Positions 30,801-38,765 of a stretch of 64,000 bases of DNA are shown here, in pieces (the first letter of the stretch is position 1; each line of letters opens with the position of its first letter). Both the position numbers and the translations under genes were made by a program. The notes under the pieces were generated by a model. It made no database searches. It was given only the letters and a program-made list of their open reading frames with translations, and had not been told where the DNA came from. Source of the stretch: a virus; the IMG/VR virus record IMGVR_UViG_3300027798_000020, positions 32,001 through 96,000 of that record, one strand, 5' to 3'.

Positions 30801-32295
30801 CACTGGAAACGCATCAGCAACACATATTGTTGGTAGTCCAGTTGTTGACCTAACTAACGCACAGATTAACTACCAAATTAATCCGGGTGTTATTGTCAAT
30901 GCTGACGTTAACGCGGCAGCTGGCATTGTACAAAGTAAATTATCAATGACGCTGGCTACAACTTCTGCCAGCGCACCAACAGGTACTGCCGCACAGAAAC
31001 AAGCTGCCAGTGGCGTAGCAAGTTTTGATAGTGCTAACTTTACTATCACAGACGGTTGGGTTGGAATCAAAGCAGGTGGTGTTGCTCTAGCAGAAATTAC
31101 TAATCTCGGTAATGGTTCTATACTTGGAAACTTTTCTGGCACTGCCAGTGCTCCAAGAGAAGAAACTGCACAAACTGTTTTAGATGCTGGATTTAATTTA
31201 AAATTTACCACTAACGTAGGCGTTGTAACATACGGCGGAACATCTGGTTCTGCTTCAATTACTACTATATCTACAGATGGTACTGCCAGTACAATTGCCA
31301 AATACGGCTCATCTGGTGAGTTTGATACTAAACAATTAAAAGTTGACGGATTTAAAGCCCTTGACGTTTCAGCAAATGCTTTAGAATTCTTTACTCCGGC
31401 AGGTTTTAAATTCCAAAGTGCAATTGGTTCTACAGGTAGTAATACCGTTACTACTGCATTAGGAACTTGGGACTTCAGTGGTGGCACATTAAAAGCCACT
31501 GCGTTTACTACAGGTGCTGCCGCAACTGCTGGTAGTATTACTGGACAGTGGGCAGTACAGTCAAGTAGCTTGGTTGACTTCTCTCTAGGCACATTAAAAT
31601 CAACTACATTAACTACAGGTGCTGCCGCAACTGCTGGTACTGTAACTGGTGCTTGGAGTTTAGGTGCTTCTAGTTCGTTTGATGCTACAGCAGGTACATT
31701 AAGAAGTTACAGTCTATCAACAGGGACTGTTAGTCAAGCTGGTACTATTACTGGTGCTTGGAGTTTAGGTTCTACTAGTAGTTTAACTACCGGCACAGGA
31801 TACATTGATGCTAGAAATGGAACGTTATATACTGCTTCTCTAAATGCAGGAAATGCAACAGCAACAGGTACTATTACAGGTAACTGGAGTACCAGCGGTA
31901 ATCTAGCAGCCACATACGGTGCTGACTTAGCTGAGTGGTATAGAGCTGATACAGAATACGAGGTAGGAACTGTCTTAATATTTGGTGGCTCTGCTGAAGT
32001 AACTGTATCTAATACCATTGCTGACACTAGATTAGCAGGTATTGTTTCTACAAATCCAGCATACATTATGAATGATGGCTTAGAAGGCACACGAGCATTA
32101 ATTGCACTTGCAGGGCGTGTTCCATGTAAAGTGCTAGGTAGAGTTAAAAAAGGTGATATGCTAACAACATCTGCAACTCCAGGCGTGGCAGTTAAAGCAT
32201 TAGATCCTAAGCTAGGTACTATCATTGGCAAGGCACTTGAGGATAAAGACTCTGGTGACATTGCTGTAATTGAAGTGGCCGTAGGAAAGGTGTAA
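21847..32295 (+). CDS. giant (3482 aa) virion structural / tail-baseplate protein
   Basis: T4 gp9/gp10-like N-terminus (IG...NDGTGDSIR..F.K.NENF.E.Y); helical C-x-R-D repeats; G.Y.E..PI...SI.GDEFR beta-helix cap; Thr/Gly-rich fibre modules; C-terminal ADLAE...GIVSTNPA...GRVPCKV.G...KGD chaperone/autocleavage-like domain. Confidence 0.85.
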   Translation: MARQEIDIGVQGNDGTGDSIRESFRKVNENFNEIYAIFGAGGAISLTNLSDAQSLRFIDGEGYVADYGQNRLIISKTDGSGLAAKTLIAGEGISIDVTDPDKVTITNALSTTASDPAPKLGGPLNSNQFPIGKVPDPSSDLVASFNAVHGPRGVTTTLDELAISKGYADRNYVKSQGGLIGDALRVRDEPLVPQIEEDDYDPTLTSNYVANETLPRKNVVFRGGDSMTGPLILNDHPGAIAGIGSPNGADDLQAATKYYVDNSTYSSAINLFVTTKGDDTQALTPRGKEGRFWNYAYKSVGAACLAAEGLITISQTEPGPYRQRIAYTQGPDQTFSLVTNVTLSGGNSGDTGYVNAFDLLRVNKEFIQYETIAYINNKYVNTFTFDKAKCSRDVGLMIDAVTLDLVLGTTYNTVLAATRYYDESSSKVLSDQLIQTVDAIRFVRDSILNFSYSNTILSAYIGDVIDALCFDVVYQSNFRSIRMAEKFPSAETGIEFEQLIGVLTDLKESILGLSQVVAVPIAVDIINDNINLMIALIQGDEAPTPTLPSVLGVTKGSNSDSRELLLNNIDFIQSEIIAFLTAEYPGLQYSKETCKRDVRLMIEAVIYDLLYGNNTTGVNVASVYAGQRYWVGTQRQIAAPELVPTLAAVEYINTLAQSIVQNQTPAVVYQTTTKQYRNQTFSRVSGVGADAVATRTRITELITIIKGLVEVNVPPAIVEVDVSNTSGTSSALRGVRTAILGTGGNANRTALRNAAVAYVNENYPVINNALALQTINSNFQIIIDLLEIGISSRPEVTYISPESLGGGVTSARELMLENISFIQEETIGWINTNFPDLIYNQNTCKRDLKYIIEAVAYDITYGGNSASVFAGELYWINAVSQVVGQITQTIEGINYAQQIIGQVISNVNILQSYQSPPFQVPQFIDLDLEDGIDATVEINSLFTAIKDLIASESLTIDSQYPALDTGDYSEAYLAIRQTIQNEKSVIQDETVKYLDVTYKGGFNYDEAICFRDVGLIIEAMAIDLVTDGTYQTINAGTSYYRNTSAKSIAIGTQYKETLDGIEYAKTLAVQVLNRTTASRYQSLYTQTFNISGTLPSSLYGMIGDRGAPSQGAITDLTYNMNTLIGIIVNGFGSAPTPSFGTGLWTVRHSNGGNSYVDQGNPNNNDILPAKVLVGVSSDAFANIVTYAPGLSDTSDTITCRLTKPAYYQVGEQIEFGEKVKDLQIVIFVEAGIYYEDYPIKLPTNCSIKGDEFRRTIIRPKDRISQSPWRKVLFYRDAIIDAMQLGPIDTSVDYKTNTTINVSATNGTIVVTLGSGQVPSSWIGRLLVVDSTVPGRPEGKAVIDSVSGNFMNCSVVYPFEVAGIKQPVDWHLYATTNYGRHYLVNPLDVNSSPKNNKEIDIFLCNDATRINNLTMQGHGGFAMVLDPEGQILTKSPYGQVCSSFSQSINRKRFAGGQYIDGFAGRLRGAISAVANNGGQITITGAVNSGLDVRAPQPPCAFFISGTRYQINDIVSYNSATSSVTVTMDTATPWNGGFNFNEAKCSRDVGLIIDAVTYDLVTGSNYQSINAGRSYLRSYSSLVRGNVQLAKTIQALEEVTSQVVASIPGNTTAIAILQDRMQLVIDILRDGASAIPEPVYPALSWQTTPYTNARDILLANKEFIGEEVVSWIGVNFNVAQIPNYSVNTCRRDVKYIVEALVHDIIYGGNSMSQDAGLAYFRGTTSYIPGEEAVTIAAYNYMKGILNSIVQNNLITKSAGNDLTQNVSLPVSNSTVGTAVIALVDVLNDILSGGTTSTPYQFPSNFTGVSTVLTTARATVLSVKTTIATDIIVFLREGLGTLINIEMGGNKSMLANDFAMINDLGYGIVANNGGVTEQVSTFSYYCHTHYWASNGGQIRSVAGSNSHGTYGLRATGYDVTELPDEVNLADNMIQVARVYKEGLFVNEMTPTIAKQSLAVYITDYDYGPQNISELEVDHSLAGFGVTRYEVNAVERTAVTVNGVNILKLNLSTAGNNGTSSVGLVTALYNGQLVTIRTLQNNKYLGIANVNPTRPSTALQYTDNLADIYRVITYNLTEGTGELLPQNQAVLSTDTSFLYFKIVVDPAKIGTVDWIEPTKTMGFNVGDTRLAILSIAKQNTIDQINKGTYITGWNGRIHRVAQYYGIPETVLTDYNPVGSTGVTLKVTSTTGIHEGMEVNGNGFISNQTVVAVVNSVTLTLSGAPDSTPGGGLSFVSLRPAYLELEETPIYNIGGTGTITPALTFNSITGTGLETRYITFDTPWQLTPQTVDSYVNVSGQGNSLYNGPKQVTKIISETLVTVASTSSLDVGMIITGSTVTGNVNLTDIVSLTQFKVSPAIYLPAGTNITATKVATLGSVTIVNGGSGYLTPPVITISGGGATIDALVTCTVVGGSIDTVTVVNPGYNYTSLPNLSIEVAGDNNAVLVPVLTATSTTNVTATAGVNTSQITLAYKTDPNTSGTISATTVTTNWINISTTTNLYVGNTIVFSGTAFGGITAATTYYIIQVGTGQIKVSTSKGGSSITLSTAVGAMTFVANSFNFGTSITATGFGSQTGTGPYSVTLNFGSTTAPETGQYYKVEGNSNPIYNGFFNCTASTTTSITLTYPNNPGVYGSGTTLITKELTKGTNVSTGISKPFGNIDATTIRLGYAAGAQGQVTTRISTCRATGHDFLDIGTGGYSTTNYPYQIYGNPAISRKGENETYEEGVGRVFYVTTDQNGIFRVGRFFTVDQGTGTVTFSASIALSNLDGIGFKRGVVVSEFSTDASFTNNAPDAVPVQSATRGYIDKRLGLDHGGAPIAASNLVGPGYLALNGALAMKGNVNANNYKVINLAPPTDINDATPKAYVDAQVRLYDQLSELLDVDVGTPIAGDLAVFVGGSKIMVSATTAGDLSATFTNSTPTTLAVPIISLLAVDVTTITVVNAAAFGTGPGYVKVNNEVFYYSSTNYGANRLDGVQRISTTTDTKFGINTGNASATHIVGSPVVDLTNAQINYQINPGVIVNADVNAAAGIVQSKLSMTLATTSASAPTGTAAQKQAASGVASFDSANFTITDGWVGIKAGGVALAEITNLGNGSILGNFSGTASAPREETAQTVLDAGFNLKFTTNVGVVTYGGTSGSASITTISTDGTASTIAKYGSSGEFDTKQLKVDGFKALDVSANALEFFTPAGFKFQSAIGSTGSNTVTTALGTWDFSGGTLKATAFTTGAAATAGSITGQWAVQSSSLVDFSLGTLKSTTLTTGAAATAGTVTGAWSLGASSSFDATAGTLRSYSLSTGTVSQAGTITGAWSLGSTSSLTTGTGYIDARNGTLYTASLNAGNATATGTITGNWSTSGNLAATYGADLAEWYRADTEYEVGTVLIFGGSAEVTVSNTIADTRLAGIVSTNPAYIMNDGLEGTRALIALAGRVPCKVLGRVKKGDMLTTSATPGVAVKALDPKLGTIIGKALEDKDSGDIAVIEVAVGKV
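31507..31770 (+). repeat. 105-nt period intragenic repeat (35-aa TTGAAATAGTxTGxW units)
   Basis: 28-nt exact copies at 31507-31534 and 31612-31639; 21-nt exact copies at 31645-31665 and 31750-31770. Confidence 0.85.
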
Positions 32296-32296
32296 T

Positions 32297-32716
32297 ATGA
32301 GATACAAAGAATTTATTTTAACTGGATTGGGTCAACTTCCCAGTGTGGGAGATAGTTTTGATATTGAACTTGACAACATAGTATTAGAAACCGGAGTGGT
32401 TGGATTTGTTAGCGACGGCATTGTAGTAGAAATTGATGCAATTGGTCTTAGTCACTTATCGGGGTTTCAGCTTGACGAAGCAGAATACCAGGGGCGTAAT
32501 GTACCTTTAGGTAAAAAGATGGCAGGCGATGTAAAGAAATCAAAAGTGTATGTGCGCAAACCTAATGGCAATATTGTCAAAGTTAACTTTGGTGATAAAA
32601 CTATGCGTATTAAAAAGTCTAATCCTGCAAGACGCAAGAGTTTTAGAGCAAGACATAACTGCAAAAATCCAGGGCCACGTTGGAAGGCTAGATATTGGAG
32701 TTGCAGAAGTTGGTAA
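32297..32716 (+). CDS. hypothetical protein with basic C-terminal domain (DUF6321-like)
   Basis: EAEYQGR...KVNFGD...RRKSFRARH.C...ARYWSC..W. Confidence 0.75.
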   Translation: MRYKEFILTGLGQLPSVGDSFDIELDNIVLETGVVGFVSDGIVVEIDAIGLSHLSGFQLDEAEYQGRNVPLGKKMAGDVKKSKVYVRKPNGNIVKVNFGDKTMRIKKSNPARRKSFRARHNCKNPGPRWKARYWSCRSW

Positions 32717-32737
32717 ATATAGAATAGGATTACATTT

Positions 32738-33274
32738 ATGGCATATCAATTACCCCCAGATCTCATACTAAACATTGGTGCGTATCCAAACGACGGCACC
32801 GGTGATGACTTGTATACCGCTTTTAGCAAAGTTAAAGATAGTTTTACTGCTGTTAGCGGTGCAGTTGATGCAATTTCTGGACAAAATGTTGGTGCAGGTG
32901 CTGGCATTTTTAAAGAAAGAGTCAATAATGTTTTAAAATTTAAGACTATTACGGGCACCGGAGTTACTATTACTACCACAGCAGACACTATTAATTTGTC
33001 TGCATTAACCGCCGTACAGTCAGATACTAGCCCAATGTTGGGTGGGAACCTTAATTTAAATTCTAAAAATATAACAGGAACTGGAAATATCAACATCAAT
33101 GGTAATATGACATTGACCAGTAGCATTACTGCTAGTAATGTGCAATCTTTAGTTTATGGTATTGACATACGAGCGTTACAAGCCCAGGTTGATTCAGGTG
33201 GCGGGGGCTCCGATGTAGATTTTGGGACATTCGTCCAACCCGCGCCTGGCGATCAGGATTTTGGAAACTTTTAA
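32738..33274 (+). CDS. baseplate/fibre-like structural protein
   Basis: N-terminal NIG..PNDGTGDDL..AF.K as in the giant protein; SDTSPMLGGNLNLN module. Confidence 0.75.
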   Translation: MAYQLPPDLILNIGAYPNDGTGDDLYTAFSKVKDSFTAVSGAVDAISGQNVGAGAGIFKERVNNVLKFKTITGTGVTITTTADTINLSALTAVQSDTSPMLGGNLNLNSKNITGTGNININGNMTLTSSITASNVQSLVYGIDIRALQAQVDSGGGGSDVDFGTFVQPAPGDQDFGNF

Positions 33275-33290
33275 GGATTAGGAGAAACAA

Positions 33291-36119
33291 ATGGCATTAC
33301 GTCTAAGAAGAGGATTAGAGGCGCTAAGAACAACTATTACACCAGCAGAAGGAGAAATAGTTTACACCACAGACAGTAAAAGATTGTATGTAGGTGACGG
33401 TCTCACTGCTGGTGGTAACGGTGTTAGTGCGCCTGTTACAAGTGTTAACAACAAAATTGGGGCTGTAAGTCTAATCAGTGATGATTTAGCAGAAGGAGTT
33501 ACTAACCAATTTTTTAGTGTTGACCGGGCGCAAGATGCGGCTTGGGAGTTATTTAACAATGCTTCACATTCAAATATCTCATTTACATATGACGATGTTC
33601 TTAACAAAATTGTAGCTGTTGCTTCTCCTACATTTACAGCTGAAGATGCCATTGACACTATTGCCAACGTACTAGTTAACAGTCCTCATACTGGTATTAC
33701 GTTTAGCCACATTGATAATTCTGATCAAATCAGTGCAACTGTTACATCCGCCGGTCAATCATTTAAAACAATATCAGTTAGTCCAACACTAACTGTTACG
33801 TTAACTAATCCAGGATCTAATTATAATAGTATTCCAGAAGTTACTGTTGCTGCCCCACCGCTTGGCGGAGTTCAAGCAGTTATTACTGCAACTATTGCAC
33901 CAACTTTTGTTGCTAACATTGAAGTCACTAACGGTGGTACTAATTATTCAGCAGGCACAATTGTTACTGCTTCTGGCAGTGGATCACAAAGAGCTACAGG
34001 ATATGTATACTTAGATCCAAACGGAGCAATTACTGAGATCGATGTTCGTGAGCCAGGTGCTGGTTTTAGAAACACTCCTATAACAACTATTGTTAAACCA
34101 ATAGATGCAACTGCAACTTATGTGTCAGGTGGATTAACGACTACTATTATTGTTAGCAGTGTTGTAAATACAATCCATCCAGGCATGGCCATTACCGGAA
34201 CTGGGTACACTAGCAATCAGAAAGTAGCATCAGTAAGTGGTACTACAATAACGCTAACGGCCGGAGCAACATCATTGCCATCCGGAACTCTTACTTTTAC
34301 TGACATAGGCTCAAATGCAGTGTGCGAAGCAGTACTGGCTGCAACTACTCTTGAAGATTTTAATGTAGTCAATAGCGGATCGGGATATATCTCAATACCT
34401 GCGGTAACTATTGACCCTCCGGTATCATACACATTTAACGCTGCCACCGATGTAAACACTGTAGCTAATTCTATAACTGTTCCTGTAAATTCATTTACTA
34501 CTGGTACACCAGTAATCTATACAGCAGTTGGTGGCGGTGCTGTTGGCGGACTAATGTCTGGATCAACATATTATATAATTAAGATTAACGGAAGTTCATT
34601 TAGGTTGGCCATGAGTGCTGGAAATGCACTTGATAGCATTGCACTTGATATTACTTCAACTAGCACTGGATCTCATACTATTCGAGGGCTTCAAGCAGTT
34701 GCCGTTGCTCTTCCGTCGTCTAACCTAGTAGCTGACAGTGCTGAAGACACACTAACGCTAGTAGCCGGCGGGGATATCATTCTCACTACTAACTTTAATA
34801 CCGATACTATTACTATTAGTAACAAAGATAAAGGCAAAGTGCTGTTTGGCGGAGTTAGTCAATTAGCATACTATTCTGAAACTGGTAATACGGTTGACGG
34901 TATAGGACCTACATTAACTTTTAGACAACCTACATCCGAAGGAAATGCAGACGGTGCGTTGCTGGTGCAAGGGCAAATTATATTTGAGAATCAAGTACCA
35001 AAGATTTATTCATCAAATGCTACATTAGCAATTGCTTCAACACAGCCACTTGGGTTTGTTGAAATTGGTGATAGAGACTACGGTGGGCGATTAGGTGTTA
35101 TACAGAACGCCTATATTCCTAGTAATGGCGCACAATTTAAAGTACAACAAGCTCACAGTATGATGGATGCTAATAACACTAGCTTCATTAGATCAAGGGG
35201 AACTATTGACGTACCATTAGCGGTACAAGCTGAAGACGAATCTGGTGATTTGTCATTCCAATCTTTTGATGGCACAACTTATATGACCCACGCGGTTATA
35301 AGTGCAGTAGTTGACGGAGCGTACACTCCTAACATGATGAAGATGCCTGGTAGACTTGATTTCTTCACAAGAAGTGCAACAGATACATCAGTTGGCAGAG
35401 CATTAAGATTAAAAGGTGATAAGACTGCTGAGTTTACTTCAACTGTTAGTGCAACAGGATTTATTGGAAGTGGTGCGCAACTTACTAATTTACCAGTTAG
35501 TTCTATTGTTGCCGGTGGGGGCATTAGCATAGTTGACAACGCCGGAGCAGTTACTATTACTGCTACAGGCAGTGATATACCTGATGTAGTAGTTGCTACT
35601 GGTTCATATGCTGATCCTACATGGATTACTAGCTTGTCAGAATCTAAAGTGTTGCCTAGTCAAGCTAGCAACAATGGAAAATTCTTAACTACCAACGGGC
35701 TAGTGTCAAGTTGGGCAGATTTTCCAGCAGGCGGTGGACTAGTTACTCGAGCAACTATTGCTGGAACAACTGCTAGTATTATGAACGGTGCAACAGGCAA
35801 CGTAAATATTACTGGATACAAGGGATACATGCTTTACAAGATACAAACTTCTGCGGCGGCGTGGGTAAGATTGTATGTTAGCGATGCGGCTAGAACTAGC
35901 GATGCCGCAAGAACAGAAGGTGTAGACCCATTGCCAGATGCTGGACTTATTGCAGAAGTAATTACTACAGGAGCACAGACTATTTTAATTACTCCCGGAG
36001 CAGTTGGATTTAACAACGAGTCTCCAGTAACTAACATAATTCCAGTAGCAGTAACAAACAAGAGTGGATCAACAGGCACTATAACAGTCACATTAACTGC
36101 TGTTCAATTAGAGGTTTAA
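33291..36119 (+). CDS. tail fibre protein with Mtd-like N-terminal domain
   Basis: LRLRRG...PAEGEIVYTTDSKRLYVGDG...GG N-terminus; repeated N.GS.Y...P.VT modules. Confidence 0.78.
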   Translation: MALRLRRGLEALRTTITPAEGEIVYTTDSKRLYVGDGLTAGGNGVSAPVTSVNNKIGAVSLISDDLAEGVTNQFFSVDRAQDAAWELFNNASHSNISFTYDDVLNKIVAVASPTFTAEDAIDTIANVLVNSPHTGITFSHIDNSDQISATVTSAGQSFKTISVSPTLTVTLTNPGSNYNSIPEVTVAAPPLGGVQAVITATIAPTFVANIEVTNGGTNYSAGTIVTASGSGSQRATGYVYLDPNGAITEIDVREPGAGFRNTPITTIVKPIDATATYVSGGLTTTIIVSSVVNTIHPGMAITGTGYTSNQKVASVSGTTITLTAGATSLPSGTLTFTDIGSNAVCEAVLAATTLEDFNVVNSGSGYISIPAVTIDPPVSYTFNAATDVNTVANSITVPVNSFTTGTPVIYTAVGGGAVGGLMSGSTYYIIKINGSSFRLAMSAGNALDSIALDITSTSTGSHTIRGLQAVAVALPSSNLVADSAEDTLTLVAGGDIILTTNFNTDTITISNKDKGKVLFGGVSQLAYYSETGNTVDGIGPTLTFRQPTSEGNADGALLVQGQIIFENQVPKIYSSNATLAIASTQPLGFVEIGDRDYGGRLGVIQNAYIPSNGAQFKVQQAHSMMDANNTSFIRSRGTIDVPLAVQAEDESGDLSFQSFDGTTYMTHAVISAVVDGAYTPNMMKMPGRLDFFTRSATDTSVGRALRLKGDKTAEFTSTVSATGFIGSGAQLTNLPVSSIVAGGGISIVDNAGAVTITATGSDIPDVVVATGSYADPTWITSLSESKVLPSQASNNGKFLTTNGLVSSWADFPAGGGLVTRATIAGTTASIMNGATGNVNITGYKGYMLYKIQTSAAAWVRLYVSDAARTSDAARTEGVDPLPDAGLIAEVITTGAQTILITPGAVGFNNESPVTNIIPVAVTNKSGSTGTITVTLTAVQLEV

Positions 36120-36120
36120 C

Positions 36121-38763
36121 ATGGCCAAACTAGTGTATGAGTATATTGTCACATTACACAATGTAGACGATTTAGATTCGTTCTATCAAGAAATGGCAGC
36201 GCCAGCTGATGGGATTCAAACATCTATTCCAGATAGGGAAGTTGAGTGTGCTGCCTTAAGACCTTTGAGTAGAAACACTCATTACATAATGACTGCCGAA
36301 GAAGCCAGTGTGTTAGAAAAAGATCCCAGAGTAAAATATATAGAACTTGCGCCTGCTGAAAGAGGTATCAGCGCAGGAACATTTGTAGATCAATCTAGTT
36401 TAAGTTGGAACAAGTCTGCAACTACGGCTGGCCTTCACAAAAACTGGGGTCTGTTAAGATGTACTAGAGAAACCAATGTGCCTAACTGGGGATCAGACGG
36501 GAGTAGTGCTACCGTCAGCGGTACTATAACACTTACTAGTACTGGTAAAAACGTTGACGTGGTTATATGTGACACAGGTTTGCCTACAGCAACTCATCCA
36601 GAATTTCAAAAGAACGCAGACGGTACCGGCGGCACTAGGATTGTAGATTACAATTGGTATCAACATAATCCCGAAGTAACAGGAGGCGCTCCAGGTACTT
36701 ATAATGTTGGGTTACTTGATCCTCACGGTATGCACGTAGCTGGCACGGTTGCAGGCAATACACAGGGCTGGGCCAGAGATGCCAACATCTATAGTCTCTA
36801 CTATGATACTGGTAACAGCGGTAACTTCAGCTTGGTGTTTGACTATATTCGTGCGTTCCACAGAAACAAACCAATTAATCCTGCCACTGGCAGACGTAAC
36901 CCAACTATTATCAACAACAGTTGGGGACAGAGTATTTTTCCAGGAGAGTGGTCATTTAATGACATAACTGCTGTTACCTACAGAGGAACACGTAATACGC
37001 CTGCAGGAACTCCAACAATTGTGTACACAGGGTTTAGCGGTGTGTGTTCTTCAAGTACAAAATTAGGAAATATTTTAAATTTAGAAAACGGTGGAAATAG
37101 AATTGTAACAACTTCAACTGTTAACAATTTAATTCTCAGCAAGCCTGAAACATGGGCTGTTGACAATGCTAACAATCAAGCATATCTAACTTCCTTTGAT
37201 AAACCTGCAGATACATATGACGTACAGGTACAAGGACCATGCACGGTTGATTTGATTAGTCAATTCTCTGGAGGTTCGCTTGTAGGTGATGGTATCACTA
37301 CTCTAGCAAATGCTATCGAAATATTATACAACGGTGTGAGGGTAGTACAATACGAAGACGGGCCTGTATCTGATACAGCCGAACCGGGTGACGATGTTTC
37401 TGTAGACATAAGTGAAACTAACGTAGCATTAGCAAACACAGGTACCTATACTATTAGATTCCATAACAGTGTAGTCGAAACTGGAGATGTCGGTGATCCA
37501 ATTTATGCAACTGCTATGAGCGTAAGAGCACGATCAGGCGCTAGTAGTGTTACAGTGTCATCAATATCAAGCAGTTTACTTGGAGCGGCATCATTGACTG
37601 CGTCAACAACTCCTACAGATATTGCAGGTAACACAACAAATCCTAACGATGATGCTTATTGGTTGTTGACTTTACCATTTAACATTAGTTTCTTAGGAAC
37701 TACTTATAATCAAATATATGTCAGCACTAATCACTATTTGACATTTGGCGGCGGATCTTTTGTATACAGTGGTATAAGTGAAAGTGTTCCAGCACTGCCA
37801 AAAATATCTGCTAGTGCCGCTGACAATTCAGTTCAACGAATATACTACGGAGTTGAAGGCACTGCACCTAATAGAACATTCCGTGTGCGTACAGAAGGCA
37901 ATGCGGCAACTAGTGGAACACTAGGAAGTCCTAACATGGTACACGAATGGACGTTTTATGAAGACGATCCAAGCAAGATAGATTTACAAACAGGCGTAAA
38001 CAATAGAAAGACTAGTTCAGGCGGTGGCGCATTTACTTCAGGTGAATTAAACACTTGGGGATTTATTGCAGGACAACGTATACCTGCTAGAGTAACAGCC
38101 TGTGACGAAGATATTATTGACGCAATGGAAGAAGGAATTATATTTGTTGGTGCGGCTGGAAATGGTAGGTGGAAACACGATGTACCAGGAGGCCTTGATT
38201 GGGACAACACATTTGAAATGAGCAATAGATATCCGGGTCAAATATTCTACTACATGCGAGGCACGAGTCCAACTGCTAATGATCTTGGTATGCCAAACAT
38301 ATGTGTTGGTGCGGTAGACGTATTAGCAGTTGACCAAAAGAGTTACTTTAGCGATTGTGGACCTGGTACTGATTTATATGCGCCAGGCACCCAAATTATT
38401 AGTGCAGTGCCTAGTGGTACTGCTGATCCAAGAAGTCCTACCCACTACCTTGCCAAGTATAGCGGAACTAGTATGGCTAGCCCGCAAGTATGCGGAGTTA
38501 TTGCTTGTGCATTGGAAACATATCCAAATATGAATCAATCAGCAGCCAAAGCCTATATTCTGTCAGTAGCTAAAACAAATCAGCTAACCGCTACTTCAGG
38601 AGGACCTGCTGATATTAGAGATCTTCAAGGCGGTGCAAATTTATATTTGTACTACAAAAAAGAGCGAGCTACAGTGGGAACTACGTTTCCTAAACAAACA
38701 ATTGGTATTAGACCTGTCACAGGGACTGCTTACCCAAGACCAAGACTACGTAGAAGAGGGTAA
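36121..38763 (+). CDS. S8 subtilisin-family serine protease with a large internal insertion
   Basis: VVICDTG (Asp), HGMHVAGTVAG (His), NNSWG, AAGN (oxyanion Asn), SGTSMASPQV (Ser); N-terminal YIVTL propeptide-like region. Confidence 0.9.
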   Translation: MAKLVYEYIVTLHNVDDLDSFYQEMAAPADGIQTSIPDREVECAALRPLSRNTHYIMTAEEASVLEKDPRVKYIELAPAERGISAGTFVDQSSLSWNKSATTAGLHKNWGLLRCTRETNVPNWGSDGSSATVSGTITLTSTGKNVDVVICDTGLPTATHPEFQKNADGTGGTRIVDYNWYQHNPEVTGGAPGTYNVGLLDPHGMHVAGTVAGNTQGWARDANIYSLYYDTGNSGNFSLVFDYIRAFHRNKPINPATGRRNPTIINNSWGQSIFPGEWSFNDITAVTYRGTRNTPAGTPTIVYTGFSGVCSSSTKLGNILNLENGGNRIVTTSTVNNLILSKPETWAVDNANNQAYLTSFDKPADTYDVQVQGPCTVDLISQFSGGSLVGDGITTLANAIEILYNGVRVVQYEDGPVSDTAEPGDDVSVDISETNVALANTGTYTIRFHNSVVETGDVGDPIYATAMSVRARSGASSVTVSSISSSLLGAASLTASTTPTDIAGNTTNPNDDAYWLLTLPFNISFLGTTYNQIYVSTNHYLTFGGGSFVYSGISESVPALPKISASAADNSVQRIYYGVEGTAPNRTFRVRTEGNAATSGTLGSPNMVHEWTFYEDDPSKIDLQTGVNNRKTSSGGGAFTSGELNTWGFIAGQRIPARVTACDEDIIDAMEEGIIFVGAAGNGRWKHDVPGGLDWDNTFEMSNRYPGQIFYYMRGTSPTANDLGMPNICVGAVDVLAVDQKSYFSDCGPGTDLYAPGTQIISAVPSGTADPRSPTHYLAKYSGTSMASPQVCGVIACALETYPNMNQSAAKAYILSVAKTNQLTATSGGPADIRDLQGGANLYLYYKKERATVGTTFPKQTIGIRPVTGTAYPRPRLRRRG

Positions 38764-38765
38764 TT

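Noticed and set aside
30870-32261. Long minus-strand ORFs (240 and 175 aa) and similar antisense ORFs elsewhere
   Set aside because: They are shadows of biased codon usage in the + strand genes, with no RBS or motifs.
33291-36119. Diversity-generating retroelement target, suggested by the Mtd-like N-terminus
   Set aside because: No reverse transcriptase and no TR/VR pair differing at adenines was seen in the window; this N-terminal domain is common in ordinary fibres.
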